Below are positions 1 through 7,829 of a DNA stretch of 32,000 nt, piece after piece. Position 1 is the first letter of the stretch, and every line of letters starts with the position of its first letter. The translations under genes were made by a program, and so were the position numbers. The notes under the pieces are model-generated. The model ran no database searches. It was not told where the DNA came from and saw only the letters and a program-made list of their open reading frames with translations. The DNA comes from Pyrodictium abyssi (GTDB taxonomy: Archaea > Thermoproteota > Thermoprotei_A > Sulfolobales > Pyrodictiaceae), in the NCBI RefSeq assembly GCF_036323395.1, contig NZ_AP028907.1, forward strand, positions 930,001 to 962,000, read 5' to 3'.

Positions 1-692
1 GCCTCCTCGACTATCCTAGGCACGACGTGCATCCTCTTACGCCTTGTGAACCTCCCAACAGCCACTACCGTGAACCGGTCTTCGGGTATCCCTAGCCTCC
101 TCCGGGCCCTGTTCCTTTCCTCGGCTTCATGGGGCCTCCAGAAAGACGGGTCAACGGCATTCGGGACAATGTAGACTGGGTGGCCGTTAACGTTGAGGAG
201 CTTTCGAGAGTCTTTGGCTACCTTACGGCTTACCGCTATGTAGGCGTCTACGCGCCTAAGAAGGCGGCGAAGAATGTAGACTATAGGGATCGTCGAGTAG
301 CGCCAGCTAAAAAGCGAATGATTTGTGGCTACGACTGGCACGCCACGTATACCTCTAGAAAGGTTGGCTATAGCTATAGCCAGGGGAGAGTATATGCTGT
401 GGATATGCGTAATGTCGAAGCCAACCTCCTTGTATATACGGTTGGCTTCTATGAGCGAGCCAGCGCCAAGGCTTATATGGGCCGACTTTAGGTAGAATGT
501 CCCTCTAAGCCTGTGGACCGGGTAAGGGAAGGAGTCCCGGTAAGGTTTAAGCACCCTATAATCGTGGGTAAAGACGTGGGGCTCATGCCCCATCCTCTGT
601 AGAGCAAGTGCCAGCTCGTGTATGTGGGTCTCTATGCCGCCTACCTTGGGGTAAAACCAGTCCGACGCCAGCGCGATTTTAAGAGAGTCCAA
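1..692 (-). CDS. Glycosyltransferase family 1 (GT4-like); the C-terminal part runs off the left edge
   Basis: My own translation of the minus strand is open from about 692 to base 1 and is not in the ORF track. It reads ...LDSLKIALASDWFYPKVGGIETHIHELALALQRMGHEPHVFTHDY...VVATNHSLF...IVPNAVDPSFW...FTVVAVGRFTRRKRMHVVPRIVEE. The N-terminal 'FYP..GG.E.H...LA..L' and 'GR....K' motifs are typical of GT1/GT4. The start is probably TTG near 692 (uncertain) and would overlap the 3' end of the upstream gene. Confidence 0.7.
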   Translation of the reverse strand, partial: MDSLKIALASDWFYPKVGGIETHIHELALALQRMGHEPHVFTHDYRVLKPYRDSFPYPVHRLRGTFYLKSAHISLGAGSLIEANRIYKEVGFDITHIHSIYSPLAIAIANLSRGIRGVPVVATNHSLFSWRYSTIPIVYILRRLLRRVDAYIAVSRKVAKDSRKLLNVNGHPVYIVPNAVDPSFWRPHEAEERNRARRRLGIPEDRFTVVAVGRFTRRKRMHVVPRIVEE

Positions 693-1492
693 GCCTGCGG
701 GCCTCCGCCGATAACCACCACGAGGAGTCCAATTAGCGATGCGAAACCATAGGAGATAAGTCTCTCTATCATGACTAGAGCAAGAGCCACACTAGGCTCA
801 GCACCTAGAGCCACGAAGACCGCTGTAAGCCCACCCTCTACTATGCCAAGGCCACCGGGGGTGATAGCTAGTATGCCGACAACGAGGTACATCACCGATG
901 CTAGGGCGAAGCGGAGTAGTGGCGCTTCCCAGCCAACAGCTAGCGCAGCTGCGTACAGCCTAAGAACGTCAAATACCCACACCAGAGCGCTAAGAGCGAT
1001 AGTAGTGGCAAAGAGGCCTCTATCGCTTATGAGCCTTCTAACCGAAGCCTCTGTGTCCAACTGGTCGTCGAAGCCGAGCCTCTTAGCCGCTACGGCAAGT
1101 ATTCTATCCCAGTACTTCACGCCAACTATAGTGGCTATGACTATCAGCGCAAACCCGAGGAACACACCGAGAGGCCTATCACCCGAGAGGAGTGCCTCAG
1201 CAATAGATACAACAGCTAACGCTATAACTGGTATGGATTCACATATGCGCTCGAACGCTACGGTATTGAGCAGCTTTACCAGCGGCGCGCCCGTCTTCAC
1301 ATAAGCGTATAGTATCCTCATGAGTTCGCCGCCAGCCCGGGCGCTCGGAGTGATATTGTTAACCAGTATAGACGCCAGATACGCCGCCATGGAGTCCCAG
1401 AGCCGTAGCCTCACCCCGGCCCGCTGGAGCACAATCACCCAGCGGACAGCGTATATGAGAACAGACGCGAGGTAGAGTAGTAATGCAAGCAA
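641..1492 (-). CDS. Flippase-like / lysylphosphatidylglycerol-synthase TM-region family (UPF0104) membrane protein
   Basis: 283-aa polytopic membrane ORF with a TTG start. The segment 'NNITPSARAGGELMRILY' matches the LPG_synthase_TM-type signature. It lies directly upstream of, and in the same direction as, the glycosyltransferase. Confidence 0.6.
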   Translation of the reverse strand: MLALLLYLASVLIYAVRWVIVLQRAGVRLRLWDSMAAYLASILVNNITPSARAGGELMRILYAYVKTGAPLVKLLNTVAFERICESIPVIALAVVSIAEALLSGDRPLGVFLGFALIVIATIVGVKYWDRILAVAAKRLGFDDQLDTEASVRRLISDRGLFATTIALSALVWVFDVLRLYAAALAVGWEAPLLRFALASVMYLVVGILAITPGGLGIVEGGLTAVFVALGAEPSVALALVMIERLISYGFASLIGLLVVVIGGGPQAWTLLKSRWRRTGFTPR

Positions 1493-1716
1493 GATATACG
1501 CTGCATCAGCCTCGGCGAGGACCCTGAGGGAGCCCCGGATCCAGCCTAGTGCCTCCAGGGCATTTCACCGCTACGTCCCTTTACATGCCTATTAAGGCCA
1601 TGCAGCGAGGCGGCAGCGAGAACCCTATATTTAGCCTAATCTGGGGCTCCATGATGTGCGTCTAAATTACGTAGAGCCGGGCTCCGGGGACCGGCGTGTC
1701 CAGGGCCCAAAAGACG

Positions 1717-2508
1717 TTAGCGCTTAATGAACTCGAGTAACGAGGCGGCGCCACCGCGGCGTTTCTCGCGCTTAGCTTCACGATACAGCTTTGCAACATC
1801 TATGTGGCGGTACTCCAGGCCGAGGCTAGTGAGTAGTGAGAGAGCGTCCTTGGTTATCGCTGGCGCGGCCAGAATTCCTCTAACCTTGGCCTCTGGGTTG
1901 GCCTTGCGGAAGTTCTCTACGTATCTATGGAGCTGTTTGACTGCTTCAAGCCCCGCTGTGACGCGCTTAACCTCTATCACTACGTAGCGGCCCTCGGAAT
2001 CCACGGCCACCATGTCCGCGTAGCCGCTTTCTAAAGGTCGCTCCCTCCTAATAATCCTTAGACCCTCCTCTACAACCTCTGGATGGCGTGCAAGATAGTC
2101 GGCTATCTCTCCCTCATCGAGGTACTCTATGAACTCTGCATCGTCTACGAGCCCGTGCACGGCGATGGCGAAGTATACTTTGGATATTGTTACCTCGAGG
2201 ACTTCTCTCGGCCTCTTTCTCACACTCCGGAACAATATTGAATTGTCCTGCCGTTCAACGGTTATCACATGGCTATCCGGCTGCCAGTTTACAGGAGAAT
2301 ACCCAGTAGGCCTATGGACTAGTACAGCACCATCCGGCTTGACTATTATGAGGCGGTCACCCTCGCCAAGCCTACTTGCTCCACGCCCCTCATAGACCAC
2401 GCTGCACCTAGCAGCAACTACTAACAGGTCGCGCTGCACAATAGCAGAGTTGATGAAGTCGTAGCCAGCAGCTAGGTCTGGGTCAACAATGTACCTAACC
2501 GACGCCAT
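1717..2508 (-). CDS. nucS: Endonuclease NucS / EndoMS (mismatch-specific, RecB-like nuclease)
   Basis: 263 aa. The N-terminal half is the ssDNA-binding half-barrel (IVKPDGAVLVHRP.GY.PVNWQP). The C-terminal half is the RecB-like nuclease core (GYADMVAVDSEGRYVVIEVKR). The C-terminal tail SLLEFIKR resembles a PCNA-interaction tail. Confidence 0.9.
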   Translation of the reverse strand: MASVRYIVDPDLAAGYDFINSAIVQRDLLVVAARCSVVYEGRGASRLGEGDRLIIVKPDGAVLVHRPTGYSPVNWQPDSHVITVERQDNSILFRSVRKRPREVLEVTISKVYFAIAVHGLVDDAEFIEYLDEGEIADYLARHPEVVEEGLRIIRRERPLESGYADMVAVDSEGRYVVIEVKRVTAGLEAVKQLHRYVENFRKANPEAKVRGILAAPAITKDALSLLTSLGLEYRHIDVAKLYREAKREKRRGGAASLLEFIKR

Positions 2509-2726
2509 ATGCGTGCACGCCCACTGTCCTTAGGAGGCCTGCACTAGAGGGGCTCAGCACAACTCTTGTCCATAAAGCTAGGAGACTGCGCGGCAGGGTT
2601 CAAGAGGCTTGAGCCCTAACGCCTAGAAGGCAGCCCCTGGGGCAGAGAACTAGGACACGGCAAGGCCCGGAACCCCGGGACGGGTCGGCACGGTGTAAAG
2701 GCTATGCAGCGGGGTTAAGAGGAACT

Positions 2727-3836
2727 ATGAGCTATGCTGCCCCTGCGCTGCTTGATACTAGGCTCTACCCCTTCCTAGCAGATCCCGTGGCGACGGCCCG
2801 CAGGAGATTCGGTGTAAGTCCTATCGAGGTGGCCCGGCGGCGCAGAGAGTATGTAGAGATAGCGTTCAAGCGGCTAGACGCAGCTCTTCGCCGCGCATTT
2901 ACACCGGGGCCGTGGCAGACACTAGAAGAGGAGGTACTCTCTTTCTACTACGCTGCGCTTGCTGCAGGCCTCTCGGGTAACAGGTGGGTAGTCTCACGCC
3001 TTGCTCTCGCCGAGGCCAACCGTGCGTACGAGCTGCTAAAAGACGAAAAGGACGAGGTAGTCGCGTACCTGGGCCGCTTGGTGGGCCTTAAGAGCCTCTC
3101 CTATGGGAGGAGCTATAGAGAGCCCATAGCTCTTGTCCGCGGTGTGCCTGTGTACCGTATCTACCCCTATTCGATGAACCTGATAGAGTATTTGCGTGCG
3201 GCACGGAGGCTCCTCGGAGACGATGCCTGGAAACCGATAAACTATCCAGTCAGAAAGGGCTTAATCTATCTGGAAAAACAACATGTACTGCGTATCGTTA
3301 AGGAGGTGCTAGTGGAATACATAGAGGATAAAATAAGAAGTTTCGGTAAAGATACTAGCCTAGAACTAGCCGAGCCCATAGCAGGGCTAATCGAGCACGT
3401 AAAGAAGGTGTTGTCGGAGAGGCAGAAGCCAAGGATACGGGGAACCCGCGTAGAGATACCCAAAGGCGTCGTCATTGAGGAGGCGTTTCCGCCATGCATG
3501 GCGGACCTAGCTAGCAGGGCCCGTAAAGGCGACCATCTCAGCCACCACGAGCGCTTCGCGCTAGCAACGTTCCTTCTCAATCTCGGCGCTGACGTAGAGT
3601 ACGTTCTAGACTACTTCCGCAACATGCCGGACTTTAACGAGAGAATAGCCAGGTACCAAGTAGAGCATTTAGCCGGGCTAAGAGGCTCGGGCAAGAAGTA
3701 CCGTGTGTATAGCTGCGAGAAGATGAAGACCCTAGGTATATGCAAGGCAGATTGTGGTACACGTAGCCCCATATCGGCATACTATAGGCGCATACGTTCG
3801 GTTGAGAAGCCAGCAGGGGGTAGCAACGGTAGCTAG
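2727..3836 (+). CDS. priL: DNA primase large (regulatory) subunit PriL
   Basis: 369 aa. The C-terminal Fe-S domain signature is present: FPPCM..L......GDHLSHHERFALATFLLNLG....VLDYF, followed by the YSC.KM......CKADCG cysteines. Confidence 0.85.
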   Translation: MSYAAPALLDTRLYPFLADPVATARRRFGVSPIEVARRRREYVEIAFKRLDAALRRAFTPGPWQTLEEEVLSFYYAALAAGLSGNRWVVSRLALAEANRAYELLKDEKDEVVAYLGRLVGLKSLSYGRSYREPIALVRGVPVYRIYPYSMNLIEYLRAARRLLGDDAWKPINYPVRKGLIYLEKQHVLRIVKEVLVEYIEDKIRSFGKDTSLELAEPIAGLIEHVKKVLSERQKPRIRGTRVEIPKGVVIEEAFPPCMADLASRARKGDHLSHHERFALATFLLNLGADVEYVLDYFRNMPDFNERIARYQVEHLAGLRGSGKKYRVYSCEKMKTLGICKADCGTRSPISAYYRRIRSVEKPAGGSNGS

Positions 3837-3877
3837 GATAAACAGCCGTGCCGGCGCATAAACACCTACCTAGAAGG

Positions 3878-3884
3878 TTTAAAT
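3878..3884 (+). promoter_or_regulatory. TATA-like box (TTTAAAT) upstream of the small wHTH gene
   Basis: AT-rich heptamer in an otherwise GC-rich spacer. An interlocking palindrome at 3893-3909 follows immediately. Confidence 0.3.
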
Positions 3885-4006
3885 CCCGGTAGTTAGCTGC
3901 TAAGTTAGCAAAAACGGTTGGGAATAAGCAACAACTACTATCACAGCCTCCCGGGGGCGGATGAGACATGCCCTCGGCTTGTGGTAGGTCAGCTGGCCCC
4001 GACGAG

Positions 4007-4210
4007 ATGGACAAGGCTATACTCCGCGCGCTCAAGGAGATAGGTGGTCCAGCAAAGCCCAAGGACATAGCTGAGAAGGCTGGGCTTGACGCCCGCAGAG
4101 TAGCAGCTAAGATGAGGAAGCTAGTCCGGCTAGGCCTAGTAGAGCGCAGTGAAGAAGGGCTCTACAGCATTACGGACAACGGGTTAAAGCTCATCGAAGG
4201 ACAGGGCTGA
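4007..4210 (+). CDS. Small winged-helix DNA-binding protein (MarR/TrmB-like, ~67 aa)
   Basis: MDKAILRALKEIGGPAKPKDIAEKAGLDARRVAAKMRKLVRLGLVERSEEGLYSITDNG has a helix-turn-helix-wing pattern. The ORF track starts at 3968, but the ATG at 4007 gives the usual N-terminus. Confidence 0.6.
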   Translation: MDKAILRALKEIGGPAKPKDIAEKAGLDARRVAAKMRKLVRLGLVERSEEGLYSITDNGLKLIEGQG

Positions 4211-4250
4211 CCCTCTTCTCACAGTGCACGACGCGTCAACCTTCAACGTG

Positions 4251-4255
4251 TTTTT
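4251..4255 (+). terminator. T5 tract, a candidate archaeal terminator for the wHTH gene
   Basis: TTTTT lies 41 nt after the stop at 4210. Oligo-T tracts are the known archaeal termination signal. Confidence 0.35.
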
Positions 4256-4455
4256 AGCCGGCTATGGTCTGGGATCCGGGTCTCTCAGCTTATACGATGT
4301 ATCCTGCTTTGTGCCGGTATTTTAGAAGTCTTACACTGCTCGGTCGCGTGAGAGCGATTGTAGCTCAGAAGGAGTGCATGTGGGCTTGGCGCGGGAGGTG
4401 GCTTCCGCTCTAGTACTACTGTAGTAGTACTGTGCTAAAAGAAAGCGTGCCGGGT

Positions 4456-4692
4456 TTACTGGCCAGCTTTAACTATATAGATTGGTGCCCTCCTGTTGGG
4501 AGCGTACAGCTCGACTATGCCTTCCTTTTCGAGTCTGCGCAGAACCTGCTTGGCCAGGCTTACTGTCATGTTGTACTTCTCTGCGACCATGTACGGTGTA
4601 ACGAACTTCTCCTTCTTTATCTCTCTGCTTATCCTCTTATAGAGCCCCTCGGGGACGAATGCAGTATACTCGCGGCCGCTGCGCTCGGACAC
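4456..4692 (-). CDS. rps25e: 30S ribosomal protein eS25 (S25e)
   Basis: 78 aa with a GTG start. 'KFVTPYMVAEKYNMTVSLAKQVLRRLEKEGIVE' is the eS25 winged-helix core. Confidence 0.8.
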   Translation of the reverse strand: MSERSGREYTAFVPEGLYKRISREIKKEKFVTPYMVAEKYNMTVSLAKQVLRRLEKEGIVELYAPNRRAPIYIVKAGQ

Positions 4693-4912
4693 GCCACTAC
4701 CCCCAGATGAGGAGGGTGCCAGTAGCCTCTCCGGGTATAAGTACTAACGCCCCGGTGGAACGGGGCTAGACACTGCTATAGAGTATGGCCTAGGGAGCCC
4801 CAGGATCCCCGAAGACGCTGGCATAGCCTTCCGGGCATAGAGGGCTCTATAGAGGTGGCGGAGCCTGGTACCAGCAGCGGGAGGCCGAGTCTTGATAAAG
4901 CGGAAGCGCTCA

Positions 4913-6919
4913 ATGACGAGCTTCGACGTGGCGGCTGTGGTGCAGGAGCTAAGCCAGCTCCAGGGCCTCAGGCTTAACAACATATACCATGTCGGAGAAG
5001 TGATACTACTCCGACTCAAGGGGCCTGGAAGAGACGCAAGAGTCGCGATAGTTCCTGGCGAACGTATACACATCACTTCCTTCGATGTCAGCGATAAGGG
5101 TATGCCACCACCCTTCATAATGGGTATAAGAAAGCATATACGTGGCGCAAGCCTCGTAGAGGTCAGGCAACACGGCTTCGACAGGATAGTAGAGATGGTT
5201 TTTGAGAACAGCGGCCGCCGGTACAAGCTCATAGCCGAGATTCTCCCCCGCGGCGTAGCGGTGCTCGTAGACGAGAACGGGAGAATTCTCCAGCTCGACG
5301 AGCAACGGGTCATGAAGGATAGAGTGCTAAAGCGTGGCGCCAGCTACGTCCCGCCGCCAGGCTCGAGTCTCCACCCCCTAGAACTAAGCGTAGAACATGT
5401 AGCCAGCGCTGTAGAGAACGATGGTGAGGCGGTACGCGTCCTCTCTAGAGCCCTTGGCTACCCCGGCGAGGTGGTCGAGGAGGCGCTGGCAAGACTCGGC
5501 GTAGAGCCCTCAGATAGCACAGCAGCCCTCCAGGGGCGTGAAGAAGAACTCGTTAAAACAATCCGGGCTATATACATGGAGGCGGTAGGGCCTGGAGCCT
5601 ACATCCTCTACGACGAGAAGGACTCGCCGCTAACAGTAGTGCCTTTTGAGCCTAGAGGGCTCGTAGAACGGTACAGGCTGAGGACTGTAGCAAAACAGAG
5701 TATTAGCGAAGCGCTGGACCAGTACTTCGTCGAGGAGCTCCGGAGGCTAGAGGCAGACGCAGCAACACGGGAGATAGAGGCCGAGCGCAGAAAGCTGCTA
5801 GCCTCCCTAGAGAAGGCTAGGCAAAACCTCAGCGAGCTAGAAGACAAGCTAAAGACCCTCGAGAAGAGAGCCCAGCTGCTCGCAGAACACATGGCAGAGG
5901 CTTACGAGGCTCTAGAGTGTGCTAGGAGGCTCAGAGAAACAAGTGGCTGGGAACACATACCGGGTAACTGCCCACATGTGGTTGATGTGCAGCCGTCCCG
6001 TGGCGTACTAGTTCTGCAGCTCGGAGATGGGCTGGTAGAGGTCGACATTAGGAGCGACCCGAGCCGCCTCATTGTAGAGATCTACCGCCGGGTAGGCGAG
6101 GTACGCGCAAAGATAGAGCGGGGCCGCCAGGCAGTCAAGGAGGTCGAGCAAAAGCTAGCAGAGCTAGAGAAGAAGGCACTAATGAAAGCGAAGAAGGCGC
6201 GCGCAGTTGTGAGGCGCCGCGAGTGGTACGAGCGATACCACTGGCTCATCACGAGCAACGGGTTGCTGGCCATAGGCGGGCGGGATGCAAGCCAGAACGA
6301 GTCAGTTGTCAAGAGATACCTTAACGACAAGAGGATATTCATGCACGCGGATATACATGGAGCGCCGGCAGTTGTACTGTTCGCGGAGGGCCGAGAACCC
6401 CCGGAGGAAGACCTACATGAGGCAGCCCTGCTCACAGCAGCGTACTCAAAGGCCTGGAAAGCTGGTGTGGGCTCCGTAGACGTCTACTGGGTCTGGGGCA
6501 GCCAGGTCTCGAAGTCGCCGCCGCCTGGCGAGTACCTGGCCCGCGGAGCCTTCATGGTGTATGGTAAGAGGAACTATATACGCAACGTGGAGCTAAAGCT
6601 CGCGGTTGGTGTAGGATCAGAGGATGGGGCTCCCGTAGTCATAGTAGGGCCGGCAGATCTCGTCCGTAGACGCAGCCTAGTATACGCCGTCCTTGTGCCA
6701 GGGGATGAGGACCCGTCAAAGCTTGCCCAGCGCCTGAAGAGGCTGCTTGCCAACAAGGCTGCAGAGGAGTACAGGCCTATAATAGAGGCGCTGAGGCACG
6801 ACGAGATTAGAGAGAGGCTGCCGGGCCGGTCGAGAATAGTGTACATCGGCCGGGGTGAAGCCGTTGAGCCACCGAGACCCCTTAGAGTCCTACGTGGAGA
6901 AGAGAGTCCAGAAGCTTAA
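4913..6919 (+). CDS. NFACT-family protein (archaeal Rqc2/RqcH homologue; FbpA N-terminal domain plus DUF814)
   Basis: N-terminal 'MTSFDVAAVVQEL..L.G.RLNNIY' is the NFACT-N pattern. A central coiled coil follows. The DUF814 block is 'WLITSNGLLAIGGRDASQNESVVKRYLNDKRIFMHADIHGAPAVVL'. The ORF track begins at TTG 4892, but ATG 4913 is more likely. Confidence 0.8.
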   Translation: MTSFDVAAVVQELSQLQGLRLNNIYHVGEVILLRLKGPGRDARVAIVPGERIHITSFDVSDKGMPPPFIMGIRKHIRGASLVEVRQHGFDRIVEMVFENSGRRYKLIAEILPRGVAVLVDENGRILQLDEQRVMKDRVLKRGASYVPPPGSSLHPLELSVEHVASAVENDGEAVRVLSRALGYPGEVVEEALARLGVEPSDSTAALQGREEELVKTIRAIYMEAVGPGAYILYDEKDSPLTVVPFEPRGLVERYRLRTVAKQSISEALDQYFVEELRRLEADAATREIEAERRKLLASLEKARQNLSELEDKLKTLEKRAQLLAEHMAEAYEALECARRLRETSGWEHIPGNCPHVVDVQPSRGVLVLQLGDGLVEVDIRSDPSRLIVEIYRRVGEVRAKIERGRQAVKEVEQKLAELEKKALMKAKKARAVVRRREWYERYHWLITSNGLLAIGGRDASQNESVVKRYLNDKRIFMHADIHGAPAVVLFAEGREPPEEDLHEAALLTAAYSKAWKAGVGSVDVYWVWGSQVSKSPPPGEYLARGAFMVYGKRNYIRNVELKLAVGVGSEDGAPVVIVGPADLVRRRSLVYAVLVPGDEDPSKLAQRLKRLLANKAAEEYRPIIEALRHDEIRERLPGRSRIVYIGRGEAVEPPRPLRVLRGEESPEA

Positions 6920-7154
6920 GCTCTCAGCAATCCGGATAACGCTAGGCATAGTAGCCGGCCTCTCCGCGGCGGTAATACCGGGTGGCTGCCTTACGGGCCT
7001 CGCAATATACTCGCTAATGCTTCTAGCCAGCAGTCTTTACGCGGAGAAGAGGTATAGCCTGCTTGAGGGCTACGAGGCGTACACAACGGGGCTAGTAAGC
7101 GGGCTCGCAGCCTACGTGCTTGGCGTTTTCCTCGCCTCCGGGCTCGCCTCCTAG
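6855..7154 (+). CDS. Small 2-3 TM membrane protein, function unknown
   Basis: Hydrophobic segments are ITLGIVAGLSAAVIPGGCLTGLAIYSLMLLA and GLVSGLAAYVLGVFLASGL. The listed start overlaps NFACT by 65 nt, and an internal GTG at 6894 is an alternative start. I recognise no family. Confidence 0.35.
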   Translation: MKPLSHRDPLESYVEKRVQKLKLSAIRITLGIVAGLSAAVIPGGCLTGLAIYSLMLLASSLYAEKRYSLLEGYEAYTTGLVSGLAAYVLGVFLASGLAS

Positions 7155-7166
7155 AAACCCTTACCC

Positions 7167-7829
7167 CTATTCTAGCTCCCGTGCCTCCTCATAGCCGAGC
7201 CCACGCGCCAAAAGCTCCTCGAGACCTGGCGCGAAGAGAGGCCGCCCACCCACGAGAGGGTAGGAGAAGGGCAGCTCTACCTCAACAGACACTAGGTCGT
7301 CAAGCGGGATCTCGACGCGAGGGTTGTGTACAAGCGGCACGCTAGAGGGATGCACCCCCTGCAGCGCCTTTAACGCGACGTAGACGGCGCCGTCTATGCT
7401 CAGCTGTTGTGGGCCTAGGCTACGCGCTAGCATACCCTCAGCCCGGCTAGTCAGCATCTCCCACGTGCGGCGGCGCGGCGGATGATCGCCGAGGATGCCT
7501 CCGACAACTATGGCGTCGGCTCTAGCAGCTTCCTCGGGGTCTAACAGCCTGTCAGCCGAAGGGTCGAGAATTATCACGCGGCCGCGCTCTGTATAGAGTA
7601 TGCCTTCGAGGTCAAGGATGCTCTCACGGTAGCAGGGGGCTATCTCTGCTAGCTTGCCGCAGTACTCTCTGCCGTTTGTGAATACGAGGCGGTTGTTAGC
7701 TAAGCTCTTCGCGTGCCGGTATTCCAGCATTAGCCAGCGTGAGACGTGATCCTCAAGATGCTCTATCACTATTAGCGGCTTCGCCACCTGATCTCCATAG
7801 TTCTTTACGGAGGGCTTCGAGAGGCTCAT
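7167..7829 (-). CDS. DUF431 / Sfm1-like SPOUT-fold SAM-dependent methyltransferase
   Basis: 'PLIVIEHLEDHVSRWLMLEYRHA' matches the N-terminal 'IIEH.E...S.W...EY' signature of the DUF431 (COG2428) family. A GTG at 7787 would give MAKPLIVIEHLE and shorten the overlap with the upstream gene. Confidence 0.6.
   Translation of the reverse strand: MSLSKPSVKNYGDQVAKPLIVIEHLEDHVSRWLMLEYRHAKSLANNRLVFTNGREYCGKLAEIAPCYRESILDLEGILYTERGRVIILDPSADRLLDPEEAARADAIVVGGILGDHPPRRRTWEMLTSRAEGMLARSLGPQQLSIDGAVYVALKALQGVHPSSVPLVHNPRVEIPLDDLVSVEVELPFSYPLVGGRPLFAPGLEELLARGLGYEEARELE

Noticed and set aside
129-491. 120-aa plus-strand ORF from the ORF track
   Set aside because: It lies entirely antisense to a continuous minus-strand reading frame with clear GT1/GT4 glycosyltransferase motifs. 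Its own product has no recognisable features.
771-1304. 177-aa plus-strand ORF
   Set aside because: It is antisense to the UPF0104 membrane-protein gene. The Ala/Ser/Thr/Pro/Arg-rich, low-complexity product is typical of shadow ORFs in GC-rich DNA. The same reasoning applies to the many other listed ORFs nested antisense in metG, gcvPA/PB, NFACT, taw1, NAPRT and LutB.
4340-4411. tRNA-like fragment (GTAGCTCAG D-arm-like string flanked by AGAGCG...CGCTCT)
   Set aside because: The closed segment is only 61 nt. There is no T-arm (GTTCRAAT) or anticodon stem, so it is not a tRNA or a recognisable pseudo-tRNA.
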